From NCBI GenBank assembly GCA_963713045.1, contig CAVQKE010000003.1, forward strand, positions 352,001 through 416,000: 64,000 bases of DNA, read 5' to 3'. Made by a program: the position numbers and the translations under genes. Shown here piece after piece: positions 10,880-21,843 of this stretch; position 1 is the first letter of the stretch, and every line of letters starts with the position of its first letter. This DNA comes from an uncultured delta proteobacterium (GTDB lineage Bacteria; Myxococcota; Myxococcia; Myxococcales; Myxococcaceae). Under the pieces are notes generated by a model that ran no database searches, was not told the DNA's origin, and saw nothing but the letters and a program-made list of their open reading frames with translations.

Positions 10880-11617
10880 ATGGCTCCGCCCAACCCCAAG
10901 CGTCCGCCGCGCCCTCGCACCCCACCGGACGACAATGAGACGTCGGACGAGGGCGAGTTGCCCTTCGATGAACGTGACGCCACGCCGCTGCGCGCCGATG
11001 ACCCCAAGCCGCAGCGGGTAACCACCTACCCGGCGCTGAAGCCGGGCCGGAGCCGCTCACGCGCCCGCGACACTGCGCTGGCCGGCGGCTTCGCCGCCGC
11101 CAGTAGCCTCGGGGCCGACAGTTCCGAAGTCTTCCTCTACGCCGAGCGGGGGCCGGGCGCCGGTCAGCTGTTGCCGATTGCCCCTGGCAGCCTGGTGCTA
11201 GGCCGCAGCAGCAGCGCCGACCTGCGGCTTCCCCACGCCTCCATCAGCCGCCGCCACGCACGGCTGCAGCGCAGGGGCGAGCGGTTCTTCCTCGAGGACC
11301 TGGGCAGCCAGAACGGCACCTACTTGGACGAGGAGCGCCTCTCCGCGGAGCGCGAGGTGCTTCCGGGCCAGCGCATCCACATTGGCCCGGCCGTCCTGCG
11401 TCTGCGACGGCCAGGTGCCCAGGACAGCGGTGCGGAGGAACTGGACGTCCACCCCGACGCCTGGTCTCCCGGCCTTAGCCGCCAGCGCCTGTGGCAGGTG
11501 GCGGTGTTGGCAGGGGCAATCGGCTTTCTCCTGGCAGCGCTTTTGGCGCTTGGGTTGGCCCACTTTCAATCCAGCCCCCCGCCGCGGCCGCCCGAGAGCG
11601 CCGTCCAAGCCCGCTAA
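10880..11617 (+). CDS. FHA domain membrane protein
   Basis: LGR...SISRRHA...DLGSQNGT FHA signature; one C-terminal TM helix. Confidence 0.9.
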   Translation: MAPPNPKRPPRPRTPPDDNETSDEGELPFDERDATPLRADDPKPQRVTTYPALKPGRSRSRARDTALAGGFAAASSLGADSSEVFLYAERGPGAGQLLPIAPGSLVLGRSSSADLRLPHASISRRHARLQRRGERFFLEDLGSQNGTYLDEERLSAEREVLPGQRIHIGPAVLRLRRPGAQDSGAEELDVHPDAWSPGLSRQRLWQVAVLAGAIGFLLAALLALGLAHFQSSPPPRPPESAVQAR

Positions 11618-12261
11618 GCCGGCCGACCGCCCGAGCGTCGGCGCAGCGCGTGCTTGAACAACCAGGCATTCAGGGCGGCGAAGACGAGCAGAAAGACGGC
11701 CGTCCCCACCGCGCCCCAGTCCTGGCGAGGGCGTTCGCCCTCAAGGACAATCCACAGCTGTCCGTTGACGGGCCGCAGCCCAGGCAGCGCCCGGGCGCCG
11801 AGGAAGGCGTCGCGGTAGGCCGGCGCCTGGGTTTGCCGCAACAGCCGACCGCGTACGGCAAACGGCGTCTGCGCCGGCGGCGGCGGCGGGCGGCCGGCCA
11901 TCCAGGTCTCGGACGGCACCGGCGCCCGGCGGACGAGCAGCGGGGTGTCCAGAAGGCCCACCACCACAAAGGGCCCCTGTCGGTCCTGTCCCCAGAAGGC
12001 GGTGGCCGCTGGGCTTCCGTGCACTTGGACGAAGCGGTTGGAGGCAAGCGCCTCGAAGCGGTAGTCGCCCTCGCGGCCCAGCGTCAGTGGCTCCGACGGC
12101 GACAGGGCGTAAAGGACGTCCGGAAGCTCGCGGTACAGCAGGTAAAGCGCGCCGAGAAGGCACACCAGCGCCACCGGGGCCCGGACCAACGAGGCCCGGC
12201 CTGCGCGCAACCGGGCCTCCAACTCGGCAATGCGCGCGTCACGGGGCTGGGGGACCCGCAT
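11614..12261 (-). CDS. Hypothetical membrane protein (two TM segments)
   Basis: 215 aa with N- and C-terminal hydrophobic helices; directly downstream of cdnL. Confidence 0.7.
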   Translation of the reverse strand: MRVPQPRDARIAELEARLRAGRASLVRAPVALVCLLGALYLLYRELPDVLYALSPSEPLTLGREGDYRFEALASNRFVQVHGSPAATAFWGQDRQGPFVVVGLLDTPLLVRRAPVPSETWMAGRPPPPPAQTPFAVRGRLLRQTQAPAYRDAFLGARALPGLRPVNGQLWIVLEGERPRQDWGAVGTAVFLLVFAALNAWLFKHALRRRSGGRPA

Positions 12262-12309
12262 TGCAAGGGGAAAGGACGGGCGCGGGCGGGCCGCGCCCGG
12301 TGTGTGAAG

Positions 12310-12804
12310 CTAGGGAATGTTGAAGATGCTCTTGAGGTCGGCTTCGATGGCGTCCTCGGTGCAATTCTTCGCCAGCGAGAGTTCCTTGATGAGGAGCGCG
12401 CGCGCGGTGTCCAGCATCTTGCGCTCGCCGAAGGAGAGGTCCTTGTCCCCCTTCAAGAGGTAGAGGTCGCGGAGCACTTCGGCAATCTCGAAGACGGAGC
12501 CGGTCTTAATCTTCTCCATGTACTCGCGGTACCGGCGGTTCCAGGTGGTGGAGTCGACCGAGATGTCCTTCTCGCGGAGGATGGCGTACACCTGCTCGAC
12601 GTCCTCCTCGCTGATGATTTCGCGCAGCCCAACCGACCCCACCTTGTTGATGGGAATCATGATGCGCATGCCGTTCTCCAGGATGCGCAGGACGTAGAAC
12701 GACTGGCGCTGGCCGGCGACCTCGGTGTGCTCAATGCCCATCACCTCGCCCACGCCCTGGCCGGGATAAACGGCCTTGTCGCCTGTCTTGAAGCTGGTCT
12801 GCAC
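12310..12804 (-). CDS. cdnL: CarD family RNA-polymerase-binding transcription factor CdnL
   Basis: 164 aa, MQTSFKTGDKAVYPGQGVG...TTWNRRYREYMEKIKTGS, closely matching Myxococcus xanthus CdnL as recalled; no HMGA domain, so not CarD. Confidence 0.95.
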   Translation of the reverse strand: MQTSFKTGDKAVYPGQGVGEVMGIEHTEVAGQRQSFYVLRILENGMRIMIPINKVGSVGLREIISEEDVEQVYAILREKDISVDSTTWNRRYREYMEKIKTGSVFEIAEVLRDLYLLKGDKDLSFGERKMLDTARALLIKELSLAKNCTEDAIEADLKSIFNIP

Positions 12805-12893
12805 GGACGCGACTGCCTCCTGCCGTCAAATGCGGCGGATGTAGGGAAAGCGCTTTCAGTACCATAGGTTGCACCAAGAAACAACCCGTTCCC

Positions 12894-12923
12894 TTGACGG
12901 GGTGGAAGCGAAAACACTAGCTT
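12894..12923 (+). promoter_or_regulatory. Putative sigma70 promoter divergent from cdnL
   Basis: TTGACG (12894-12899), 18-nt spacer, TAGCTT (12918-12923). Confidence 0.45.
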
Positions 12924-13235
12924 CTCGTCTTTCGTGCGCCGTCGGGCCGAGGCGGCGGGTGGCGCCCCCGGGCGTCCTTCACGCAACCACCTTTCGGGCC
13001 TCACCGCCTTTCCCCTTCCAAGCTAGGCAGTGGTTGGGCGGGCGGCTGGGCCCCCAGGGTCGCTTCGGACTTCCACCGTCGCTTCCCCTGGACCCCGACC
13101 CGCTTGGGAAACTCTCAACCAGCGGAATTGTTGGTATTTTTCGGCTGGTACGGCGCGTGCTTTTACCGGGGCCGTGGGACGTTTCAGCAGCCAGCGACGG
13201 ACAAGCGGCCAAGCAAAGCCGGCACCGGAGGACGG

Positions 13236-13604
13236 GTGAGCGCGCCTGGGCCACTGGACTTGGAGGTTCTGGCGCAGCTGAAAGCGTTGGCCGGGAACCG
13301 GGGCGCCTCGCTGGCCGACGACGCCATTGACGCCTTCCTGAAGGAATGTCCGGCGCGGCTGCGCGGACTGCGCGGCGCCCTGGCCCAGTCGGACTGGCGC
13401 ACCGCGGAGCACAGCGCCCAGGCCCTGCGCGGCATTGCCGCCACGTTGGGCGCGCGCGAGGTGGTGCGTGCCTCCGGCGAGTTGGCGGACGCCCTCGGGC
13501 GGGGCGCGAGCAATAGCGAAGCCGAGGCGCTGCTCAACCAGCTTGCATCGGCCGGCGCCGAGGCCATGGCGGCACTCGCCCAGCAGCGCACGCCGGTCCC
13601 CTAG
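13236..13604 (+). CDS. Stand-alone Hpt-fold protein; canonical phospho-His replaced by Gln
   Basis: LDLEVLAQL...IDAFL...RL..L..AL...D...AQALRGIAATLGA matches the Hpt consensus (AHxLKGxAxxLGA) except H->Q. GGAGG RBS before GTG. Confidence 0.75.
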   Translation: MSAPGPLDLEVLAQLKALAGNRGASLADDAIDAFLKECPARLRGLRGALAQSDWRTAEHSAQALRGIAATLGAREVVRASGELADALGRGASNSEAEALLNQLASAGAEAMAALAQQRTPVP

Positions 13605-13649
13605 CGGCCCACGCCCGGGGGCCTTCGGCCGGGAAGGCAGCTTCCGCCC

Positions 13650-14819
13650 TCACTCGAAAACCAGCCAGGCGAAGCGGTTGAGGGCGTGAAAGTCCCCCAC
13701 CCGCGGCGGGGAGAAGGCCAGCCCTTCCACTTCTTTGCGCCCGTGAAGCTCAAGTCGGTACAGGTTGAAGCGCCAGCGGTCTCCCGGGCGGGGGGGAACG
13801 TTGGGGACCGCGGCCAGCCGGGCGATGGGGATGCGCATCTCGACGCGCCACCCCTGGTCGATGTCGCTTGCATCGTTGAGGGTGCCTTGGACGGTGACGG
13901 CGGTGAGGGCCTGCGACTCCCAGGACAGGTCCATCCCCTGACGCCGCTCGGGGAAGTACGCGTCGAAGACGACGTTGGCCGGGCTGACTTCGATTTCGTT
14001 GTAGGTCCGACCATCTCCGTCGGCGTCGATGAAAATCTCCACCACCTCCTGCGTGTAGAGCGGGTCGTCGTGCTTGGTGAAGGTGCTCCACACGTCGGGG
14101 TCCTCGCAGTCGAAGGAGACGTAGAGGTACTGGTCATCCCACAGCAGCCGGGCGGTGGTACGGACCCGCGCTGGGCTGCCGTCCAGGCTGTTGACCAGGT
14201 TGACGGCCGTCGCCTTCGCCCAGGCCGGGTCGTCCAAGACGCCGTCGATGGCGGGCGGCGGCCGGGCCCGCACCACGTGGTACTCCGGAAGCCCAGGGGA
14301 GAGGCTCTCCAAGAGGGGCCCCAGCATGCGGTTTTGCCCGTCCTGAGCGGCCAGCTGGTCCACCGCGAGCCGCTCGTCCCCCCGCCAGAAGCCGAGCAAC
14401 ATCCGCGCCGAGGCAACGCCCGAAGGCAGGGTGACGTCGTGGGTGTCCTCAAACACTTTGCCCACCGGCCAGGACTCCGGGGGTGCGGCGAGGGGATGGT
14501 CTTCATTGGCCAGCATTTGCCCAGTGCGTGGGTCGACCAGGTGGACGAAGAGCCGAAAGCCCGCGGGCAGCGGGCGGAGGGGGACAAACAGGTTCGTCAC
14601 GCGGACCGGCGCACCGGGCGGGGGCCCAACCGGAGCGAGGCGGGCACCGAGGTAGCGCAGCGCTCCATCGCCCAAGGTGGCGCCGCTGGTGAAAGTTAAT
14701 GCGGAGGGACGCGCACCCTCGGTCGCGCCCCCGGGCGCGCGCGCCTTCGGCCCGGCCTGCTCGTCGCGGCAGCCGGCGGTCAGCAGCACCAGGAAGAAAC
14801 CCGTGACAAGTCGGCCCAT
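13650..14819 (-). CDS. Lipoprotein with carbohydrate-binding family 9-like (DOMON/CBM9) domain
   Basis: Lipobox LTAGC; PAIDGVLDDPAW, RLLWDDQYLYV, EVVEIFIDADGD, WRVEMRIP and WRFNLYR. Confidence 0.85.
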   Translation of the reverse strand: MGRLVTGFFLVLLTAGCRDEQAGPKARAPGGATEGARPSALTFTSGATLGDGALRYLGARLAPVGPPPGAPVRVTNLFVPLRPLPAGFRLFVHLVDPRTGQMLANEDHPLAAPPESWPVGKVFEDTHDVTLPSGVASARMLLGFWRGDERLAVDQLAAQDGQNRMLGPLLESLSPGLPEYHVVRARPPPAIDGVLDDPAWAKATAVNLVNSLDGSPARVRTTARLLWDDQYLYVSFDCEDPDVWSTFTKHDDPLYTQEVVEIFIDADGDGRTYNEIEVSPANVVFDAYFPERRQGMDLSWESQALTAVTVQGTLNDASDIDQGWRVEMRIPIARLAAVPNVPPRPGDRWRFNLYRLELHGRKEVEGLAFSPPRVGDFHALNRFAWLVFE

Positions 14820-14915
14820 GGCAGCTGGAGGTTTACCCTACCTGGCGCCGGGCGCTGCTGTGCGACAGCGGTCCCCATGCCGGGGGCGCCACTTTTTGCT
14901 GAAGGCCAGCGGCCT

Positions 14916-15341
14916 TCAGGAACGCTGGGGTGCGAGAGCCGCTTTTTCCACCAACAGCGCCACCAGCCGCCGGTGGTGGGCGAAGAAGCTGGTGAAGTGC
15001 ACGCCTCGGCCTTTGCCGCGGATGGCGTAGACGGTGACGGGCCCGGGCCAGACGTCCAAATGGAGAATGTCGCCGAAGGCGAAGCGCTCGGTGCGCACCA
15101 TGCCCCGGTAGGTGACGCCGCCTGCGTCCACCTCGATGGCAGCGCGCGCGTAGTAGGCGTGGCTGACGCCGAAGAAGGCGACGAAGAAGAGCGCCGAGAG
15201 GAAGGTTTTCAGTGGCACGCCCTGAAACGTCAACAGGTAGACCAACACCGCCACCCACAACAGACCAGCCAGTCCCATCGACACGGCGAGGATGGGGGCT
15301 GGCCGAAACACTTCACGTTGGTTGGCCCCGCGCACTTCCAC
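14916..15341 (-). CDS. Small membrane protein with probable bacterial PH domain
   Basis: Two TM helices followed by a beta-rich IEVDAGGVTYRG...RFAFGDI segment. Confidence 0.65.
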   Translation of the reverse strand: MEVRGANQREVFRPAPILAVSMGLAGLLWVAVLVYLLTFQGVPLKTFLSALFFVAFFGVSHAYYARAAIEVDAGGVTYRGMVRTERFAFGDILHLDVWPGPVTVYAIRGKGRGVHFTSFFAHHRRLVALLVEKAALAPQRS

Positions 15342-15397
15342 CCAACAAGGGTAATGCCAGGGCTGGGGGCGGCGCCATCCCCGAAACGGCCCGCCCT

Positions 15398-16699
15398 TCA
15401 GGGGGCAGCGGGCGGCGCTGGGTTGCCTTGGCTGGCCAGTGCAGCGGACTTCGTCCGTGCCGTGGCCTGCAGCGCGCTCTGCACGTCCGCTGCCGTCGAG
15501 GCGGCGTAGCGGTCGTAATAAATGCGCGCATCGGCTGCTCGGCCGAGCGCCCGGTAGGCTTCCGCCAGCCCGAAAAGGGGCGAGGCGCGGGTGGGGTCGA
15601 GCCGCAGCGCGTCCTGGTAGTCCGCAGCGGCCTCATAAAAGCGGCGGAGGCCGACGTTGGCACTCCCCCGCGCGGTGTAGGCCACAGCCAGCGTGGGGTC
15701 CGCCGCCAGCGCCTCGGTCAGTGCCTGCAGGGCAGCGGGATAGTCGCGCGTCAGCACCAGCCGGACGCCCCTCTCATAGGCTTCGCGGGCCCGGGTCTGC
15801 GGGCTTCCATCCGCCGGCGCGGCCGCGGCGCGAGCCAGCCGGGCGCGGGCCTTGTCCACGTTTTCCTGGGCGCTTTTGCGCACCGCCGGGTCAGTGGACA
15901 ACTGCACGACTCGTTCCCACTTCTCCATGGCCGAGCGGTAGTCCCCCAGCTTGGCCAGTGCGTTGCCCTGCTTGAAGAGGGCCTCCACGCTGGTGGGGTC
16001 GAGTTGGAGCGCGCTCTGGTAGGACTGGACGGAGGCGGCGGCGTTGCCTGCGCGCAGGGCCTTATCCCCCTCGGAGATGAAGGCAGCAGCAGTCAACCCG
16101 GACGGGACCGTCGAAGACACGGCCGGTGCCGCCGCCACGGTGGAGGTGGCCGCCGGCACGGCCGCAGCGGCCAGCTGGGCTTTCAGCTGCGCCACGTATT
16201 CCTTGGCCTTGTCCACCCAGCGCTGTTCGCTGGGACGGCTCTCCAAGGAGAGGTACCTCTCAAAGGCGCGCACCGCCGGCTCGGCCCTGCCTTGGTTGCG
16301 GTAGGACTCGCCGAGGCCGTAGTAGCCGTCCGCGTCGGTCGGGTCGAGCTTGACGTACGTCTCATAGGCCTGGGCCGCCACCGCGAAGTCGCCGTTCTTC
16401 CGCGCCGCGTAGCCGAGGTTGAAGTAGGCCAGCTTGAGGCCCCGGTCGGCGGCAATGGCGGCCTGAAACTTCGTCATCGCCTCGGCCCGCTTGCCTTGAC
16501 GAAACAGTACGCTGCCCAAGCCATTCAGTGCCTCGGCATACTGTGGCGAGGAAGAAAGCGCCTCCTGGTAAGCAGCCGCGGCCTCGTCGAGCTGTCCTGC
16601 CTCCAGCGCCTTCTCGCCGCGCTGGAAAGCGGCGCGCGCCTGCGGCGACACCGGGGTGGCGCCGAGCAGTGCAGCCAGGACGAGTGCCGCCGCCAACAT
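15398..16699 (-). CDS. Secreted tetratricopeptide repeat protein
   Basis: Signal peptide and multiple TPRs (AEALNGLG, AYFNLG, GYYGLG, ALFKQG, AYTARG) with Ala/Pro linkers. Confidence 0.9.
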   Translation of the reverse strand: MLAAALVLAALLGATPVSPQARAAFQRGEKALEAGQLDEAAAAYQEALSSSPQYAEALNGLGSVLFRQGKRAEAMTKFQAAIAADRGLKLAYFNLGYAARKNGDFAVAAQAYETYVKLDPTDADGYYGLGESYRNQGRAEPAVRAFERYLSLESRPSEQRWVDKAKEYVAQLKAQLAAAAVPAATSTVAAAPAVSSTVPSGLTAAAFISEGDKALRAGNAAASVQSYQSALQLDPTSVEALFKQGNALAKLGDYRSAMEKWERVVQLSTDPAVRKSAQENVDKARARLARAAAAPADGSPQTRAREAYERGVRLVLTRDYPAALQALTEALAADPTLAVAYTARGSANVGLRRFYEAAADYQDALRLDPTRASPLFGLAEAYRALGRAADARIYYDRYAASTAADVQSALQATARTKSAALASQGNPAPPAAP

Positions 16700-16859
16700 C
16701 CCTCGCCACCTCCAAGGCCAACGCCGAGGGGACTCTCAGCTGCCCCGGGGCATACCGGAAAGGTAGGGCTTGTTGCATCTGTGCGCCGTCAACCAACAGT
16801 GGGCCACGGCCTTCAGAGCGACGCCCCTCGCGAAAACCCCGACGGCAGCGACGCGGGTG

Positions 16860-18017
16860 CTAGGTGCGCTCGATGAGAAGCGTAATCCCCATCCCGTAGC
16901 CGATGCAGAGGGTGACGGCGCCGCGGCGCAGCCCTCGGCGCTCGAGTTCCGAGAGGAGCGTCGCCAGCAGCATGGCACCGGTGGCCCCCAGCGGATGGCC
17001 CAGCGCGATGGCTCCGCCGTTGACGTTGATGCGGTCGGGGGCAATGCCCAACTCTTGGGCCACCGCGATGGGGACCGGGGCGAAGGCCTCGTTAATTTCC
17101 CAGAGGTCGACGTCCTCCACCCGCCAGCCAGCGCGCGCCAGGGCTTTGCGCGTGGACGGGATGGGGCCGGTCAGCATCAGGACGGGGTCCGAGCCAGCGA
17201 CGGCGCAGGTGACAATCCGGGCCCGGGGCGAAAGGCCCAGTCGCTTTGCCGCGGCCTCGGAGGCCACCACCACCGCGGCTGCCCCGTCCACAATGCCGGA
17301 GGAGTTGCCGGCATGGATGACTCCGTCCTCTTGGAAGGCCGGCTTCAGTGCTGCCAGCGTTTGGACGGTGGTGAGAGGCCGCAGATGCTCGTCCACTTGG
17401 AAGTGGCGTTGGCCGCCGTCCTCGGTGGGCACGCGGATGGGGACAATCTCCCTCAGAAAGCGTCCCTCGGCCTGGGCCCGAGCCGCCTTGGCCTGCGACT
17501 CCGCCGAGAATTCGTCGAGCTGGCCCCGCGAGAGGTGCCAGCGGGCCGCCACCAGCTCGGCCGAAAGGCCCTGCGGGACCAGGCCTGGGAAATGGGCGCG
17601 GAGCCCTGGGCTGGTGGGCCCCTCCCCGCCGCCGTAGTCCGAGCCGAGCGGCACCCGAGTCATGGACTCCACGCCGCCGCCGATGGCAACTTCGGCCCGG
17701 CCGGAAAGCACCGCGCAGGCCACGTCGTCCACCGCCTGCAGCCCGCTGCCGCACAGGCGGTTCACGGTTTTCGCCGCCAGGCCAATGGGAAGCCCCGCGG
17801 CAAGGACGGCGCCCCGGGCGACGTTGAGGCCTTGTTCGCCGACCTGCGTCACGCAGCCCAGCACGACGTCATCCACCGCCTCGCTGGAGATGCCGGTTCG
17901 CTCCAGGGCGGCGCGCAGCACCTGCGCCGCGAGGTCCACTGGGTGGACGTTGGCGAGGCTTCCCTTGCGTTTGCCGCGCGCCGAGCGCACGGCGTCGAGG
18001 ATGACGGCGGTGGCCAT
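16860..18017 (-). CDS. Thiolase (acetyl-CoA C-acyltransferase)
   Basis: NRLCGSG, NEAF, GHPLGATG and CIGYG catalytic motifs. Confidence 0.95.
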   Translation of the reverse strand: MATAVILDAVRSARGKRKGSLANVHPVDLAAQVLRAALERTGISSEAVDDVVLGCVTQVGEQGLNVARGAVLAAGLPIGLAAKTVNRLCGSGLQAVDDVACAVLSGRAEVAIGGGVESMTRVPLGSDYGGGEGPTSPGLRAHFPGLVPQGLSAELVAARWHLSRGQLDEFSAESQAKAARAQAEGRFLREIVPIRVPTEDGGQRHFQVDEHLRPLTTVQTLAALKPAFQEDGVIHAGNSSGIVDGAAAVVVASEAAAKRLGLSPRARIVTCAVAGSDPVLMLTGPIPSTRKALARAGWRVEDVDLWEINEAFAPVPIAVAQELGIAPDRINVNGGAIALGHPLGATGAMLLATLLSELERRGLRRGAVTLCIGYGMGITLLIERT

Positions 18018-18127
18018 GGTGTGAGGGGACTTCAGCCCGCAGCTGACTTGGGTGTCAACGCGCCTGGGCCCAGCAGCTGTTGCCCGCCGGCCGCCTTGGC
18101 CTTCGGGCTACCGCGCGCGCCAATGGT

Positions 18128-19561
18128 TCACTCCAGCCATCGCGCCAGCTGGGCGGTGAGACGGTTCATCCGTCCGGCATAAGGCGGGGCCAGAAAGCGC
18201 GACAGCGGGTTTCCTCGCTGGCGCAGCACCGAGCGCTCGTGGCTGAAGCACCGGAAGCCGGCGCGCCCATGGTAGTTGCCGAGGCCGGACGGGCCGGCGC
18301 CCCCGAAGGGCAAGTCCGGGTTGGCGAGGTGAAAAACGGTGTTGTTGACGCAGGCGCCCCCGGACGCAGTGCCGTCCAGGACGCGGTCGGCGTCACGACG
18401 GCTCCCGGTGAAGACGTACAAGGCCAGCGGCGCCGGGCGCGCGCGGATGAAGTTCACCGCCTCGGTTTCCGTTTTGTAGGTGAGAACTGGCAGCACCGGG
18501 CCAAAAATCTCATCCTGCATGACGGCCGCGTCGGCTGGCACGTCCACCAGCACGGTGGGCGCAAGGTAGCGCGTCGCCGCATCCGCCTCAGCGCCGAAGG
18601 CCACCTTGGCACCCGCCTTCACCGCGGCGTCGATGTAGCCCTTCAGCCGTCCAAAGGCCCGCTCGTCGATGATGCGGCAATAGTCGGGGCTGGCTTTGGC
18701 GTCCTCGCCATAAAAGCGCTGCACCACCTTGCGCATCTCAGCCACCAGCTGGTCGCGCAGCTCCTCGGGGACCAGGACGTAGTCCGGTGCCACGCAGGTT
18801 TGCCCAGCGTTGATGAATTTGCCGTGGGCGATGGTGAGGGCCGCCCGCTGCAGGTTGGCCGAGCGCTCCACCAAGGCCGGCGACTTCCCGCCCAGTTCGA
18901 GGGTCACCCCACTGAGATGCTTGGCGGCGGCGGCCATGACTTTTTTCCCCACCGCCGTGCTGCCGGTGAAGAAGATGTGGTCCCAAGGCATTTCCAGCAG
19001 GGCCTCCGCCACCTGGGCGTCGCCCTCGATGACCGCCACCTCGTCCTCGGGAAATGCCTCGGCCAGGACGGTGCGGATGATGGCGGCGGTGGCCGGCGTC
19101 TTTTCCGAGGGCTTCAACACCACCACGTTGCCTGCCGCCACTGCCGAGACGACGGGAAGCACCGCCAGGTGAAAGGGGTAGTTGAACGGGGCCAGCACCA
19201 ACACCTGGCCCAGCGCCTCACGGCGCACCTCGCTCGAGGTGCCGGCCAACAGCACCGGCGCATCCACCACCTCCGGCCGCATCCAGTCGGCCAGGTTGCG
19301 CACGGCGTAGCCGAGTTCATCCTGCACAATGTGCACTTCGGTGAGGTCGGTCTCCTCGGGGGCCTTGCCGAAGTCCTTTTGCACCGCCAAGTCGATGGCC
19401 GAACGGTGCTTCTCGATGGCGGCGTGAAGGCGCTTTAGCCGGGCGCGCCGCTCGGCGGCGGTGGACTGGGCCAAGGCCCAGCGCTTCTTGGCCTGCAACT
19501 CCCACAGGCGTTGGATTTCCGCCGTCAGGCTTGCTCCTGGTTGCTCGCTCGGCTGTCTCAT
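18128..19561 (-). CDS. Aldehyde dehydrogenase (ALDH3-like)
   Basis: PFNYP, FTGS, LELGGKSP, NAGQTCVAPDY, EIFGP and LPFGG. Confidence 0.95.
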   Translation of the reverse strand: MRQPSEQPGASLTAEIQRLWELQAKKRWALAQSTAAERRARLKRLHAAIEKHRSAIDLAVQKDFGKAPEETDLTEVHIVQDELGYAVRNLADWMRPEVVDAPVLLAGTSSEVRREALGQVLVLAPFNYPFHLAVLPVVSAVAAGNVVVLKPSEKTPATAAIIRTVLAEAFPEDEVAVIEGDAQVAEALLEMPWDHIFFTGSTAVGKKVMAAAAKHLSGVTLELGGKSPALVERSANLQRAALTIAHGKFINAGQTCVAPDYVLVPEELRDQLVAEMRKVVQRFYGEDAKASPDYCRIIDERAFGRLKGYIDAAVKAGAKVAFGAEADAATRYLAPTVLVDVPADAAVMQDEIFGPVLPVLTYKTETEAVNFIRARPAPLALYVFTGSRRDADRVLDGTASGGACVNNTVFHLANPDLPFGGAGPSGLGNYHGRAGFRCFSHERSVLRQRGNPLSRFLAPPYAGRMNRLTAQLARWLE

Positions 19562-19827
19562 GGCTTCACCCGTCCGACATTGTGTACACCATCCGGCGTC
19601 ACCCACCGACCCAGGGGGGGGGCGTCCACGGCGCCGACTTGGCGCGCGCGGCCCATTTCCGCTAGCCCCTGGTCGCTCCGGCGAAACCCCTCATACCCCC
19701 GCCTGCGCCCGGCTGGCAGCGCCCATAGGTGCGCCGGAAGCAACAGCATCGCCGTGGCCGTTGCCGCCGAGGCTACGGCCGCTGGGTGGCGCTTTGGTGA
19801 AGTGGCTGAGGTTGCTTGGGTTTTCGG

Positions 19828-19844
19828 TTGGCCTCGCCGATGCA
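19828..19844 (+). promoter_or_regulatory. Putative sigma54 (-24/-12) promoter
   Basis: TTGGCCTCGCCGATGCA has exact GG-N10-GC spacing and lies about 70 nt upstream of a small ORF. Confidence 0.55.
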
Positions 19845-19911
19845 ACTCCATCAGGGCGTCGCACCCCCCTTGGGCGAAACGGCCCCTGGGGGCCAACCCT
19901 GGAGTCCCGTC

Positions 19912-20082
19912 ATGGCCACCCAATCCCTCTTCGCTTCCAGCCGTCACTCCAAGGCCTTGGGCCTGTTGGTGGCCGGGAGCATCCTCTTCGTCGTCGGCCT
20001 CGGTGGCGCGAGCGCCCTCCTCGGCGCGTACACCGGCGCCATTCCCCAGACGGCCGTCACCCAGGCCCACCCGGCCGTCTGA
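19912..20082 (+). CDS. 56-aa single-pass membrane microprotein
   Basis: GGAG RBS at 19901; MATQSLFASSRHSK followed by one TM helix; sigma54-type promoter upstream. Confidence 0.6.
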   Translation: MATQSLFASSRHSKALGLLVAGSILFVVGLGGASALLGAYTGAIPQTAVTQAHPAV

Positions 20083-20147
20083 CGAATTGCCGTTCCGGGG
20101 GGGGGGTGCAGGGCGCTGGCGATGGCCGTCGCCCTTCCCCGCCCCCT

Positions 20148-21470
<1,323 letters not shown>

Positions 21471-21843
21471 CTATAGTCCCAGGGCCCGCGGGTGACAACG
21501 TGCCACCCAGAGGGCGGGCCCCTGCCCGCGTCCGCCGCCAGCCTGCGCCGGGGGGTGCCGGCAACTGGGGCGGGTGCATTCCGGTTGCCCGTTGCGGACC
21601 GGCATCGACAGGCGGCCGAATCCCTGCGCCGCTGCCCCTGAAGCTCAAGCGCGTCGTCCGTCCACCGGCCATCAACTTTGACGTCACTCGACGGTGTGTC
21701 GCGGCAACTTGGGTGCGGTTGCAAGACGGCCCGGCAGCACCACCGCCACCGCGTGCAGGCAGGCTGTCGGCGCCGGCCCCGTTGGACGCCTAACGCGGGG
21801 GGAGTCCCCGCGCTGTCTTTCTGATGAAGGACGCTTACACTCG

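Noticed and set aside
12930..13140. tRNA, selC, SRP or 6S RNA upstream of cdnL
   Set aside because: No T-loop GTTCGA/CCA or SRP GGAA-loop signature was found; kept only as an unassigned structured-RNA candidate.
20097..20106. Poly-G runs (also near 19614, 32102 and 46145) as phase-variation tracts
   Set aside because: Intergenic, mostly between convergent genes or outside identifiable promoter spacers, and unremarkable at this GC content.
21702..21723. Possible sigma54 promoter (CGGCAACTTGGGTGC) upstream of the CHAT gene
   Set aside because: GG-N10-GC spacing is present but the flanks fit the consensus poorly; such matches are common in GC-rich DNA.
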